Shown here: piece by piece, positions 45,761 to 59,179 of the stretch | Layout of the letters: each line of letters opens with the position of its first letter | Numbering within the stretch: position 1 is the first letter of the stretch | Source of the DNA: Lama guanicoe | Lineage: Eukaryota | Reading direction: 5' to 3' | DNA length: 64,000 bases | Assembly: GCA_013239625.1 (NCBI GenBank) | Contig: MU053934.1 | Location: 10,703,003 to 10,767,002, forward strand | Translations under genes and position numbers: made by a program | Notes under the pieces: generated by a model | Told to the model about the DNA's origin: nothing | Databases searched by the model: none | The model's input: only the letters and a program-made list of their open reading frames with translations

Positions 45761-47644
45761 GCTTCCGTATGAGTTTGCTGAGGCTCATTCTCTGAAGACT
45801 CGAGAAAGTGTTGGCTTGGAGCAGCAGTCATGAGACGACGTGGGCAGAAATAATGAAGAGACCAGTACTGTGTGTAACTGCCCGCGCCCAGGGACGGTCG
45901 TTCCTGCTGCCTGTTCCTCTGATGCGCCTCCGGGGGCCGCGCAGACATGGCCGAGCTCTCGGGGGAAGCATTTCCTCGGGACACAAGAACACAGAGCATG
46001 GTCATTTCCTTATGGAGTGAAGTCTGCGAGAAAGTCTGCTCGTTCCCGGCTTTATTTCCCTCGGGAACACGCTTGCCACGTTCAGAAAACGTAGGGTTGC
46101 TGGGAGCCGCCGGCTTGTAGACCGCCGGGATGCCGCGAGCCCCAGGGGGAGGGCGAGACCCCGGCAGGACACGTGCAGGCCGGCCAGGCTCCGGCCCAGC
46201 TGGGGAGGGGGTGCCCTGCGCGGTCCGACAGTGGGGGTGGGGCGCTCATTTCAGGAGCTGCGGTTCCCGGCAGCAGCCTGTTCATTGAAAACGGGGAGGC
46301 CGCCTGGAGGTCCATCCGCGGAAGCTGCGTTAAAAACAGTACACCGTCTTACAACGTCGCAAAGCGGCCTGTGTGCTTGGATTTCAAGGCTCTTTGGACG
46401 CAGCCATTTGCACAGCCCTACACGCCTGCACGTCCACGTGAGGCAGGTGCACGCCTGTCACGTGTAGCCGCCATGTGACGGCCCGTCCAAGGAGGCGGGG
46501 ACCCAGCAGGCGTCCTCCCTTCTCTGTCTGGCCCTTTCAGTCGCTCTGCAGGGTGCTTTTCTCCCGGGCCCTGGAGGAGATGGCCGGCAGCACCGCGAAA
46601 TTCCTCGTCACCCAGGCAATGAAACACACAGAGGTCGATTCTGACCGTGCTCAGTCCAATGTGACCATCAAAGCTTTAAGCGCGACTGACCGCGAAAGCG
46701 GGGGCTTCCCCACCTCTTTGCGGGCTGCTGGGAGCGGAGCCTCTGCGGCAGGTGCAGGGGGCGCGGCCAGCGTCCGCCCGCCCCTCAGCCGCCTCCCTTC
46801 CCTCGGCTTGTTCACGCGTGTGTTGCCCCAGCCGGGTCCTTATTTGACCAGCACTTCTGTGCGCTGAGCCCCAGAGGGACTTAGAAAGCTGTCCACCCCC
46901 AGGCAGGCCCTGTTGTGGTGTCCACGCCACCACTTGGAAGCTCCCGGGAGGAGGGCACGTGGCCTCCGCCCTCAGCCCCAGCCCCCAGACGCTGCCAGGC
47001 GCCCCCCGTGAAGGTGAGTTTGGCGCTGCTGAGGACAGGGTGTCAGGTGACCGCTCCGGCTCGCTCCCCTCTGCTCACATCTGTGCACGGCAAACGTTCG
47101 TGTCCCCTTGCACCTCAAATTTCTGGGCCAGCTGAGCCGGTCCAGAACCTGAGACCTTAAAAGCCTCCTTGGTGACGCAGCTGGCTTTTCTGGCTGGAAA
47201 ACCTTGGCCGCGTCCAGTCTGATCTAAGCTTTGGGGCCAACAGGGAAGGTGTGTGACTTGTGTGTGGTCAGGGTGTGGTGGGCACGGAGCAGAGGAGGCT
47301 GACCGGGCCTGCTGTGTTTTTAGGTTTGCCTTCCACGAGACCAAACTGAGCTCACCATGGGTTGAATCTTCTGGGTAATAAGACGTGTTCATCTATGGGT
47401 CCTTATCTCCCAGCGACTACTTCCCAGGGAGCCAGTGAGCGGAGGGGCTGCGTGGAGCTCACCCTCCAGGGTGTGCTGGCCACGGCGCCCTTTCTCCGTG
47501 TCACTGGCCGTAAAGGGACCCTCTGCAGGGGGGAATGGCACAGATTGCCGGGTTTTCAAAGTAGAAAGAGCCCAGCTGCATAGCCCATTTTCATGTATTT
47601 TGAATGAAAGAGCACATCTAACTACAGAGCAATTAAAATAAAAA

Positions 47645-48510
47645 ATAAACTATTTTAGAGCAGGTATGCATTCACAGAAAAATGGTAAAGATGGCACAGA
47701 AAGCCCCACAGGCACCGTGCCCAGCTTCCCTACCACGGGCATCTCGCGTGAGTCCACATGTGCCGTGATTCCTGAACCCCTACGGATAGGCCGTTGCTAC
47801 CTGCATTTCACCACTTACTCAGACTTCGCTCGGTTTTTATTTTTCACTTGTTTGTTGTTGTTTCTTTAATCTAATGGCTTCCCCCCTGTTCCAGGGTCCA
47901 GCGCAGCGTCCAGTTGCCTGTGCCCTCAGGCCCCTCCCAGCTGCGGGGTTGCTCAGACGTCCCTTGTTTTGGACAGCTCTGACAGTTCTGAGGAGGGCTG
48001 GGCGTGCTGTAGGTGCCCCTAAGGCGGGTTTGTCTGATGTTTTTCTCGGGGTTAGACGGGGGTCCTGGGTTTCGGGAGGAAGACCGCAGCGGTGAGGCGC
48101 CCTCATTCCTTCTCATCAGGGCTCACGCTGTCACCGTGGCTGGTCACCGCGATGCTGAGCAGGGTCACCTGGCTGAGGTGTGCTTGCCAGGTGTCCCCAC
48201 TGCAAAGGCCCTCTCTCCCCGCCTTTCTGTGCCGTCCTCCTTGGAGGGACGTCATGACGCTCGGCCCAAATTAAAGGGGCGGCTTGTTGGACTCCGTCTC
48301 TTGAAGGCAGGGTGTCTGCATAAGTAATCTGGAGTCTTCTGCTGGAGAGGTTTGCCCCCTCCCCGAGTATTTACGTATCAGCCATTCCCTGCGTCACACG
48401 GACTCCTGGTGTTTATTTCACTCTTCCGGTTATAAGGCAATTCCACGTGACACGGGTGGTCGCACCGGGCCAGCTTCCGCTCCGGGAGCTCCTTCAGGGG
48501 GCGCAGCCCC
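47645..48510 (-). mobile_element. L1MC3-like 3' end
   Basis: attttagagcagg..ttcacagaaaaatg, gacagttctgaggag, tttgtctgatgtttttctc, gggaggaagaccgcag, tcacctggctgaggt. Confidence 0.85.
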
Positions 48511-50399
48511 ATCTCGGGGGGACGCGAGCACGTCCCGCCTGGGGGCGGGGGTTACGAGGCGCCCCAGGCTCAGCGTGTGCGCTGCCTGCCCGGCCCCAGC
48601 GTCAGCCTGGTTCCGTTTACTGGAAAATGGGCTTTAGAAACGAAGACAGACGTTTCACGAAGGGAATTTCTGGGTCTGCAGAGAAGGGGACGGGGAAGGG
48701 CTTCGGGGGCAGGACCCACTGCCCTGGGCTTGGGGCCCCCTGAGGTCATCCGGGCACCATCAGTTCCCACTGACAGGAGCCCCGGGGAGCTCACCCACCA
48801 TGGACCATGGACACCACGTCCTTCTGGGCCTTCCCAGCCCCCAGCATCCTGAGAAGCGGGGCCAGTGCAGGGAGGGGAGGCCCAGCGAGCCGTCCCTCTT
48901 TAGGGAGAAGCTCAGATCTGGGGGTCATTGCCCGAAGCATCTCAGGAAAACCCACCCCGAGCGCTCCCACCTGCGGCCTTCCCTGTGTGGCTGCAGACCC
49001 ATGGCTTTCCTCGGGCTCTTCCTAAATTCAGCCCGGGGTCGGGGGACTTGGGGACAAACGTTCCTCGAGGACATCACTCACAGATCATTTCATCTGCTCC
49101 TCCAAAGGCCCTCCTGAAGCCACTCTTGTTGCCGTTGTTATTTGCAGTGTTAGGTGGGAATGCCGAGTCCTGTGGAAGTCCAGTAGGTGGTCAGAGGCCG
49201 CGTGGCCCTTCAGTGGCAGGTCTGGGACGTGGGGCAGCAGCGTCTTCCTTACCTCCGGGGAAGCTGTGGCTCAAGGCCACACAGCTAGCAGGTGACAGGG
49301 CTGATCTCCTTTTCGGGTAAGCACCCAACTCCAGGTTCAGTCCCCAGAGTCTGCAAGGCTCTTTCCTTTACGCCTAGGACTGCTCCGTCATCGGGCTGCG
49401 CGGGCCCCGTCCAGCTGTAAGGAGCGATGCTCGGAGCAGGCAGGAGGGAGTGCTGTGGGTCTCAGCTCCCCCTCGGCCCCACTGCAAACATCTCCCGGCA
49501 TGGGGATGGGGTCGGGGAGGAAGCCTCTTGCGGGCACACCCCACCTGCAGCTGATCGATGTTTCCTGGGCATCCCTCCAGCAGAACACTTAGACCCTTTT
49601 AAGGCAGCCTGGGGTGATGCCCTGGGTCCCTCCCTCCAAATTCTTGACACCTGCCAAGGCCCCTTCGCTGCTGCTAACTGAGGGGCCCTGAAGGTTAATG
49701 GCAGGGCCCAGCACTCAGGCTGGAAGCCAGGTCTCAGCGATGGAGCTGGAGGAGACCTTCCAGAAGCTCCGTTTAATCAGCTCGGGTATCTATCTGCTCG
49801 CTGACAAGTGGGAGGATGAGTTATTTCTGCCCGTAAACCGGCTTAGCCCCACGGCGGTGGCTGTAACAATGCCCGGCATCTTACATGCAGGGTCCTCTGA
49901 ACGGCCAGGCTCCCACATCCTTCCTGCTCCTTTCCTGTGAAGGGGGCAGCCCGGGTGCTCTTGCGGCTGCAGGACAGGTGCGGTCTGGCTGGGAGAGGGT
50001 CAGCAGCTCGCCTGAGACTGAGCCCCCAGCCCGAGCGCCGTGTTTATCCGCAGTCGTCTCCCTGCTCACGTGCTCCGATGCACTGGAGTCTGAGTGAACG
50101 CGTGCGGCGTGGTCCTGCTCTGGAGTGTCTCATGGGTTTTGGGGATTCTGGGAGTCTCAGGCCTGGCTCTCATCTCCGCATGCACATGCGGCCTGCACCA
50201 GCAGCTGAGCAGCATATAGAGCAGAGATGAGCGTGCTGGCAGTGGTGGACCAGAATCTGCAAGGCCTCGCCTCTCCCCCAGCTCCCTGCACTCGGGGTCC
50301 GCTCTGCTCCTGTGTCCACTCTGCTCCCCTGCCCAGCACGGCGTCTCCTGACTCTGGACCTAGGCTCTTACTGAGGGTCCCTCTGTCCCTCTGTCTGCA

Positions 50400-50730
50400 G
50401 TGCTTTGTTTGGGGCTCCGGCTGCCACCGCGCACCTCCCCCAGGGACCATCTCCACGGGCTGGGTCCTCCTCCTTCCCTGACATCCCGGCCAGGACAGTG
50501 CTCCCCTGTGTGCTCTGAAACATCACCCTGCCTCCTCGCTTCACAGCATCTCTGAAATCCCGAAGTCCCCTGTTCATGATCCCTGCTGGGAACTGCCAGG
50601 AGCCGTGTCGGTCCTGTCCCCTCACTCACGGCCGTGTCCCAGGTCCTAGGAGAGTGCCCAGTGGGCCCTAGGCGCTCAGTAACCACTGATTGAGCAAATA
50701 AAGGAATGGATGGACGGACATGGATGTGAT
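50400..50730 (+). mobile_element. L2 3' end
   Basis: cccaggtcctaggagagtgccc..taggcgctcagtaa..ttgagcaaataaaggaatggatgga. Confidence 0.6.
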
Positions 50731-53559
50731 GGCCTGTCCTCCCTTCCTGCTCTGTCCCAGGGCTCCTGGTAATGAAATGTGTGTGCACACGGCCACCTGA
50801 GGCCAGAGACAGTGACTCTGCAAAATGAAAACTGTGTTCACTTAATCTACCGAGTACCAGACTTCCTCCCTGACCAATAGCGCTAGAAGGTGGAGGGAGA
50901 GAGAGGGGTGGGGAAAATGGGAAACGCCTTCCCACGCTTTGCACAGGCCAAGGAGCCGGTACATGCACGTTCATCCTCGGGGTCGATCGAGAAGAAGACA
51001 TCCAGCGAGCTGGCTTATTCGAGGTAAGCGCAAACAGAAGAAACATCACGTGAATAAAAACCGTTTTCATTTATCCGTCGCTTGGTGTTCATTGATGCTG
51101 CGTGACATGTTCACTTCCCCACCCCCACCCCCACTCTGCTCACGTATCCCCGCACGCGCACCAGCTCCATCCAGACCCACAGCGGGCTCACAACTTCTGT
51201 GGGTTCCCCTGGGGACTGTCTCTGTGTGTAATCATCACAGGACTGAAACCTGCAACTCAGCACCGGAAGCCCAGGCAGGGGGGAGGGACCTAGGTCTGGG
51301 TTGGTGGGCTGCGGGGACGGCTCTAACTGGTTTGGCTTCTCGGCACATGTGGGACCCACGTGGTCACATCCTGCCTTTGTGGATGCTCTGCCGTTGGCGA
51401 GTCCTCCTCTGACTTCAAACGCATGTGCTGATGTCGGGTCCGATGTGCCACTTAGAGAAGCTGGGACATGAACAGACAAACAGCAAAGCCACTTTTCTCT
51501 TGGGTTCTCCCTTCAGTTGATTAAACTGAGCACGTATTCACCGAGGGCCTGCTCCCTGCCCAGAGCTGGACCAGGAGACCTGAACAAGCAGAGGTCTCTG
51601 TGAGTGAGCTGAGTAAGAGTCTCAGGGCCCAAGCTGGACCGTGTGGAGCGGCTGCAGGGGGTCGGGCAGGACCGGGGGCCCGATCTGCCGAAGCATCCGC
51701 AAGTCGAAATGATGGCGATCGGGAAAGCCAGGAGCAGACAGGGCAGCTCTGTCTCAGACGAGGCAGCAGAGGCCCAGAAGGGTCAACCCAGGAGGCCAGG
51801 AGGCTGGCTTTTCTTTGAGGCCAGCAGCTCCGTGCGCTGGTCCTAGATCAGACTTACATACGGCCAGGCTGTCCTGACCAGGGACGGGTGAGAGTCCTGC
51901 AGGGGTGCACGTGCGGTGAGACCAGCTCTGCAGGGCCCGGGGGTAACCACGGGGAGCGAATGTCACCCACAGCCAGGAAGGGTTAGGGCTTAGCCTGCCC
52001 CGGACACGGCGCAAAGCACGTCGCAGACATCACGCCCTTAGCACGTTTGTTCCTGGTATGTCCCTGTGTCAGTTTATTACGCCACTCGGAAGAGGCCCCT
52101 CTGGCTTGAGGTCCCCCTGTCTGGCGTCAGTCAGCACAGCTACTGGGGTGCAAAGCCCCGGTCCAGCCTAGGTCGGCCCCAACCCAGGACCCCCCGTCAA
52201 AGGCAGCCGCCCCCCGTGCGGTTTTCTGTACCAGACTCAGAGTCACCTGTCGTTACCCAGCCAGCGTCCGCCCAGCGCAGGCCCCAGAACAGGCCATGGA
52301 CACGCTCCCTGTGCAGCTTCCGGCAGCAGGGGCCGTTCGGCTCGCCGCTCCCGCTTGGGGGATGGCCGGGGTCACGGAACCTCGGGACGGTCAGGGTTGT
52401 GGGACACGAGTTTCTCTCCAGCAACACTGACTTCCTTGAGCTGAATTCGGAGGTGCTCCCATGAACAAGCCAAGGCACAGATGCGGGTCAGCCCCCGGGA
52501 CTCCGGTCCAAGGCCTGCCGCTGCCTGGGGGCCACTCAGCGGGAGGACGCCAGGGGCTGTCCCCCCCTTCCCGGGGAAGGCTGCTCTAGGAGCGTTGGCA
52601 TGTCGTCTGTTATGCTGGGCTGCACTGAGTAATTTGCATGTCATTCTTATCTGCTCGAGCAAGGCGATTACTGCTGATCGCTGCCAGGCCCGCGGGCTCC
52701 CTGCTGGCCCGGCCCAGTAGAGATCGGGCCGGATGAGCTGTTAACTGTTGATGCTTCAGAAAGAAAGAGAAGAGCAGAATAACCAGCCCTTGTCACTGAT
52801 TCCAGATAACGCTTTTCAGAGTCCTCAGAGCTCCTCCCTCCGCCTCGCCTTCTCCCAGGTGAGAGCAAACGGCTTACAGCACCGCTGGCTCCCGGCGGGG
52901 AGGGGGACGCAGATGCCAGAAACCAGGCTTTGGAAGTAGGATTTCACCCTGCAGGAGACTGTCCCCTCGGCCCTGTCCCCGGCCCTGGATGTGCGAAGGA
53001 AATGCCTCTTGTCTAGGCTAAAAGCTCCCTCTGTCCCACTGCGTCACTCGCCTGGTTTTCAGGCTGAGTGGGCCGCCCACATATCCAATGACTTTTGTGC
53101 TGTGTCGTTGCAGGAGGAGCCTCAGACAAACACGGCGCCCTCGCTGGGCCCAGCCGGCCCTGCACAGAGAACAGGTGCCCCTCCTGGCCCTCCCCCCGCC
53201 CCTGGGCTCGGGGCCGGGACACCCCACTTCCACTCAGCACCCAGTCGCAGCTTAGAGCCCACGGGCAGGCTGAGCTCTCGTGCTGCGTGCAGGGGCGGCG
53301 GGGAGCATCCCGCAGACCCAGGCTTCAGGACTGGTTGTGTGGGAGGCCATTCACCTCGCTCTCCGCGCTCGGAGACGGAGGCATCACATCCTGTGCGTGG
53401 AGTTTCTGCCGGGACCAGATCTGATGGCAAATGTGAAACACCCATGACAACGTGTGCCCAGGAAAGAGCGGATTTCATGACCCCACGTGAAATGCTGCTC
53501 TGGCAGGTGTCCCTTATTTCAGCATCGGGAGATTGAGTTTGTAACCTAATCCTAAGCCA

Positions 53560-53670
53560 CCCGTTCATCTGTCCCCTCACCCATCTGTCCCTTCATCCAT
53601 CCATTCAATGACTCTTTATCAGATGCTCAGAGCACTCCAGACTCTGCTCAAAGCACATGAGCTGCTCTCC
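53560..53670 (-). mobile_element. L2 tail fragment
   Basis: catccatccattcaatgactctttatcagatgctc..ccagactctgct. Confidence 0.4.
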
Positions 53671-54726
53671 AAAAACAAATGCTCTTCTCTGCCGACTCTT
53701 TACGTCTTCCTGCTGCTCACAGAGCCCCCAGCTCCGTCTTAGTCCATCACCTAAAACCGCTCACAGGAGGGCCAACAGCGGCATTATCTGGTCTTCCGAG
53801 GAAGCAGGGATGAAAGGCTGACTGCCTTGACAACTCCACGCCTTCCTGCCTCCACTGCCCAGCGAGTCCTTGATGGGAACTGAGCATTTGTCCCCCCGAT
53901 ATTTACTGACTCCATTTTATGTGCCAAGCCAGATAAAAGCTTCCTCTCAAAGTTATTCTTTCTGGACCTGTGGCCTCCCACTAGCTGGCTCCTGATGGGA
54001 CGGTCGTCACTGGGGGTGAATGCCTGCTCCCTCGGTGTCCCCAGGCTTAGGAGCCAAGAGCGATTGCTGGGTTCCAGAAAGACACGTTGGGAAGATGATA
54101 GCTTTGGAGACAGACTCGCATGTCTGGTGACTCCTCAAAGCCATGCAGCTGAAAACCACTCCACGGCGCCTTCCTTCCCCAGAAGATAACAGTTGCGACA
54201 CCTACTCCAGGGCCCCTGTGGGGATGGAACGTGATAGCGCTTGAAACATAAATACAAGGGATTTCTGCTCAAGATAGCAGGCTGAGCAGACGTTGAGAAT
54301 CCTCTGATTCTACTTCAAACACAGAAATTTTGGATTAAACATATTACGTATGTAAAAAATATAGGTCAGGTTGAAAATAAGAAGGAGAATCCACTATGTG
54401 CTTGAAATACAGATGCACTTTCTAGGCAAAACTTAAAATGATTCACGGCCAGCCGCTTGGTGCTGCCTACTCAGCAGGGTCCGAAGTTGAAGGCCCCGTG
54501 GTGGGGAGATGGGCGCCCTGCGTAAGGCCCCACATCCTTTGTGAAAGGGGGCGGTAAAGTTTATGCTTGGTGGCCCAAGTCTTTCGACTTAGAAGTGAGC
54601 CACCTTCCCTGGGCCACTGACAAAAGCAAAGCGTCTTTGATGAAACGTGAGCCTGCACTGTTAGTGGGTGCAGGATGCACATCTTCTGTTAAGTGTGATG
54701 TGGAAACTCTGAGCGTGCACATGAAT

Positions 54727-54746
54727 ACACACACACACACACACAC
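54727..54746. repeat. (AC)10 microsatellite
   Basis: read directly. Confidence 0.95.
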
Positions 54747-55171
54747 CCCAGGGCAGTGGAACTCAGAGGGCCCCAAGGCAAGCAAGACAAGCAAATGTGA
54801 ATCCCTGGACAACATACAATTGCCACTGAGGATGAGAAATAAAGACTAGTTCAGAAATCCTCGCACGAAACTAAAGCAACAGGGTGATCGCAAATGGAAT
54901 TTGAAATAAGAGTGTTCGGCACGCGCAGGTGGGCAGCACAAAGAGCAGACGGCACGGCGGCTGAAGGCGCACTAGGAGGTAGTGCAGAGTCCTGGCCCTG
55001 GGTGCAAGGCACCGCAGAGCGAGGACCAGCATTCTGCCTGAGGACAACGAGGGAGGCAGCACTAAGCGTGTGAGGAACCAGCGTGAGGCACCAGGGAGCT
55101 CAGGGGAGGCGGGGCTGCAGCAGCCAAGGAGTGCGAGGAGGGGAAGCTCGCAGAGGCCAGCGGCCTCGGGA

Positions 55172-55376
55172 CCGGCGCTGCCCAGCGGAGCTCTGCTGAC
55201 GACGAGGAGGTTTCCTCTGTCCCGCGTGGCAGCCACGGGCCACCAGTGGCTGCTGAGCACCTGAAGTGTGGATGGTATAGCTGAGAAACTGAACTTTAGA
55301 CTTTGTTTAATTTTAGTTAATTTCAAGTTAGGTAGCTAGAAGTGACCAGTGACAGCTGTATTGGGTAGCCCAGCTC
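55172..55376 (+). mobile_element. MER3 (hAT-Charlie) MITE
   Basis: gcagccacgggccaccagtggctgctgagcacctgaagtgtgg..ctgagaaactgaacttt..tttaattttagttaattt..gtattggg. Confidence 0.85.
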
Positions 55377-55484
55377 AGTGACATTTGCCAAATTTGGAAA
55401 AACCACGTGAGAGGCTGACAAGCGGAACAAGGGGCAGAACCTAGGTGTCGGCACCTGGAGCCTGATGTACATGGGGGTGCGATG

Positions 55485-55710
55485 GGCGAGGCTGTGGCCC
55501 ACTAAGGCCAGGGCCGGCCAGTGACGGCTCGCTGCCTGCTACCATGGATGAAGCTTTGCTGGAGCACAGCCAAGCCCGTTTGTTACAGAGAGCCTCTGGC
55601 TGCCTTCACACCGCAGCAGCCAAGGTGAGTAGAAGTGACAGATCCCACATGGGCTGCACCACCTTAAATATTTACTACCTGGCCTTTTATAGATGAAGTT
55701 GTCAACCTCT
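55485..55710. mobile_element. MER58A (hAT-Charlie) MITE
   Basis: tggagcacagccaagccc, tggctgccttcacac, taaatatttactacctggccttttataga..gtcaacctctg. Confidence 0.85.
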
Positions 55711-55714
55711 GACC

Positions 55715-56070
55715 AAGGCATGTATCCCCAGCTTTCAGGAGTGCTGGCTGGTGACAGGGCACAGATGAATTGCTCTTGACTGAAGGGAGTTGCTCTGTCC
55801 AGAGCTACAGATCCTCACTGGACGGTATAGACTCACTGCCTGGTTGATGCGAGAGACAGACTTGGCCCCCCGCCCTGAACTGAGGACAGCTACCAAGGTC
55901 ACGGCAGCTGCAGACCCCCCCCCCCACCATGGGCTCAGCCAGCTTCCCCCTTTGCCTGACCTTGCCTCCCTGTTCTCGCATAGTATCTCCCTCAAGAACT
56001 CTCCCAATAAAACTGCACATGCACCTGTGCCTCAGAGCCCGTTTCCCGAGGGGCCTTGCCCCAGGAAGGA
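55715..56070 (+). mobile_element. ERVL LTR16-like
   Basis: 3' signature ctcccaataaaactgcacatgca..ctcagagcccgtttcccgaggg. Confidence 0.6.
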
Positions 56071-56279
56071 GCCTGGATATGCTCCCTTTAACTTTGGGTC
56101 AGCACCCCAGAGGAACAGACCCTGGAGTTAAAAGTCCACTGGAAAGAGAGATCCTAAAAGGTGAAAGGTCAAGCTCAAGCTGCCTAGACCCCTGCGTCGG
56201 CAGGAGCTCTGAGACAGCCGGTGCTTCCAGACCAGCTCCCTAGAAGGAGACACCGCTGTCGGCAACACTGAATCGTCTC

Positions 56280-57250
56280 TACAGCTTTTACACTCAACGT
56301 CCAACACTCACTAAGAGTAACCAGGCACAGGAGAAGACAACAGGACCTCAAACCAGAAGAAATCAAAGGAAGTAGGAGCATACGCACAGGGGATTCAGAT
56401 AACGAATGATCATGTAAACTTTCAAATAAATATATTCTCTATACTCAAATAAATAAAAGACAAGGCTAATAACTTATGCAGTGAATTGACAACTAATAAA
56501 ATAAAATAAGTGGAAAATTTAGAGCTTTTTTAAAAAGCAAAGGAAACCAATAATTTAGGGGAGGCATGTAATTCAAAATCAGACAGAGCTAAAGAGGAAA
56601 TCAGAAAACTGGAAGACAGACGAGAAGGAAATACTCAGACATGAGCTTAGGAACAGACAGGCGTAAATGGCACACACGAGCACTGAGAGACGGACGGGAC
56701 ACGGGCAGACGCTTACTGTGTGCGCCTGAAGGTTCAGGAGCAGAGGAAAATGATGCTGTAAGGGATAAAGATTTGAAAACAATGAGGTAAGAATTTTCCA
56801 AAAGTGACTACAAATGCTGTCACATCGAATGTAAAACCTAGGCAGAGTAAGCAAGGTCATAACTAATCACAGCATCAAACAGTCCTAAAAACCAAAGACA
56901 AAAAGGAAGGCTTGGAAGCCACTAAAAATAAAAACAAAATTAAAAAGCGAGATTTCCTTCAAAGAAGAAACCATTAACAGACTATTTCTTAAGAGAAAAT
57001 GGAAATCAGAAGATACTGGGAAAATTATCAAAGTGCGGAAATGATAGATTAATAACAAGATAACTAGAAAACCCTTCTACATGTGGAAATTAAACAATGC
57101 ATTTTTAAATAGCTCTGTCCAAAATAGCTAAGTTAAACATTGGAAGATGTTTTGAACTGAATGTTAATAAAAGTAATATATAGTAGACGTTATCATTTAA
57201 GGCTAAACAAATGCTTAAGTGGAAATCTGACTGAATGGAAATATGAAGAC
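56280..57250 (+). mobile_element. Ancient L1M ORF1 and ORF2 fragments
   Basis: A-rich; aaatcagaaaactggaagacaga, aaaatggaaatcagaagatactgg, atgtggaaattaaacaatgcatttttaaata. Confidence 0.75.
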
Positions 57251-57419
57251 AGAAAAGTGCGTCCGGGTCAACACAGGGTGACAGAGTGTATTCTATGTAA
57301 TAATTTGTTTGCTTGACTCACAACATTTAAATATTTATACCTCTGCTTTGAGAGCCTTCACTTGTGCTTCTAACTCGGGACCGACATGTGTTATGGACGC
57401 TTGATTTGTGACAAAAATG

Positions 57420-58330
57420 TCCCTTTAGTGGAGTTTGGTTAGGATATCTTTTAATGAGTGGTTCTGGGTCATTGGAAAAATACATGTATTTTGATTTCCT
57501 GCTTCAAATTATATACAAAAGGCAATTCCAGATATATTTTAGATGTACATGTGAATGATAAACTACTAAAACTTACGTTATTTGTCAGAGGCAATTTTTG
57601 AATAAACTGTGTCAGGAAAATTTCTTCATCATCATAAAAGCACTACCTGTGATGGAAAACACTGATGTTCCAGATGACTTGGAAATACAAGAACTTCTTT
57701 TCAAGAAACTTGGAAAGTAACTCACCAAGTAGAAGAATCTTTGCTATCTGACATCCAGACCTTGGACAAAATCAATAAATTAGATTCAATTAAAATCAGG
57801 AACTTGAATCCATAAAAAATTGTATTAATGAGAGAGAGAAACTGAGCCCATCAGGCAAACCACAGTCGACTGAGCAGAACAGCCGAGACGCTACAGGCGG
57901 GAAGTACTCAGTGTGGGTGAGCACGCGGAGGAGCGGGAACTTCGCCACGGTGGGTGGGGGCTCAGACGCCGTAAAGTCAGGCCCCCCCCAAAGAAACGTG
58001 CCGTGTGGACTCACCAGCGAGCACGCACGGTGCGCCCCGTCGTTTTTGTGAGCAGCAGCTGGAGGCGTCGCGAATGCTGCCCAGGGAGGGGGATGCGCCC
58101 CTCCTGGCAGACTCCCGCAGTCCTGTGTCAGAGCAGGTGGGACACACGGAGCGGAGTTGCCGGGAGCAGCACGACCGGCTCCCCAGCGGGACTCTGAGTG
58201 ACGCAGACACGGACATGCGTGCGCACATGTGCTTACGCGGGTGTCTGTGCACGTGTGTGCTGTGTGGGTGTGCTGGAGATGGCCTGAGCGCTACAGGGTG
58301 AGGACTCAAGCTGATGGGTACGTTGAGGGA
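57420..58330 (+). mobile_element. Old L1 ORF2 3' fragments, distal half strongly GC-shifted
   Basis: atatacaaaaggcaattccagat; agtgtgggtgagcacgcggaggagcgggaacttc resembles L1 aagtgttggcgaggatgtggagcaactggaactc. Confidence 0.6.
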
Positions 58331-58461
58331 GGACGGGTAACGGAGGGGGGGGGATTATACGAGAATTTTCGGATAACGGTGATGCTCTATTTTCCACCCC
58401 GAGTTGTGAGCACATGGGTGTGGCTGCTTGTGGTAATTTGTTAGGTGGGTCCATTATGACA

Positions 58462-58485
58462 TGTGTGTGTGTGTGTGTGTGTGTG
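58462..58485. repeat. (TG)12 microsatellite
   Basis: read directly. Confidence 0.95.
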
Positions 58486-59179
58486 ATAATTTCATAGAGA
58501 AAGCCTTAACTCAGATTATTCAGATCTGGTGGGGAGTTTGGCACTGAGTTTATTTTATTTTAGACATGAAGAATGATGTCATTGTTAACTGGAGTAGAAG
58601 TGAAAATATATTATCAAACAGCAAATGACCTCATACCTGGCGCATATATAAAAATGTTTACATACTCAGAATATGTAAATGTTGAGTAGAAACCCATCCT
58701 GGAATTATTATATGCACGCAATAAAGAGCTTAACTGGAGAGAGTGTGTATGAGGGTTTTATGGGGATCAGAAGAAGGTGAAACCCTCAGCTTCTTTGATA
58801 GGAAGACAGTAGTTAATATCTAATAATGAAGATTCAAAAACGTTAGGAAAAATGCATCACTTCTACATGCCGATCTCCAGAGAAGCAGCTGAGGTAGTAA
58901 TTACCTCGGGGGGGCAGGCAGAGAAAGGACACACGCAGGGGGCGGCTTGGACTGTGTGCAGGACTTGCAGAATATTACAGCTTTTAAACCTGCACATTGC
59001 GTACCTGAAAAAAAGTAAATCTTTAAGAAATGAATTCTGTAGCTGTATCATACACACATATGCAAATAGACTCACTTATCAATAGTAGCTAAAAGGAAAG
59101 AAATATACACTTACATCAAATGCCCATACAGATTGAATAAGTCACAAGATTTATAAAGTTTCAGAGAATAGGAAAAGAG

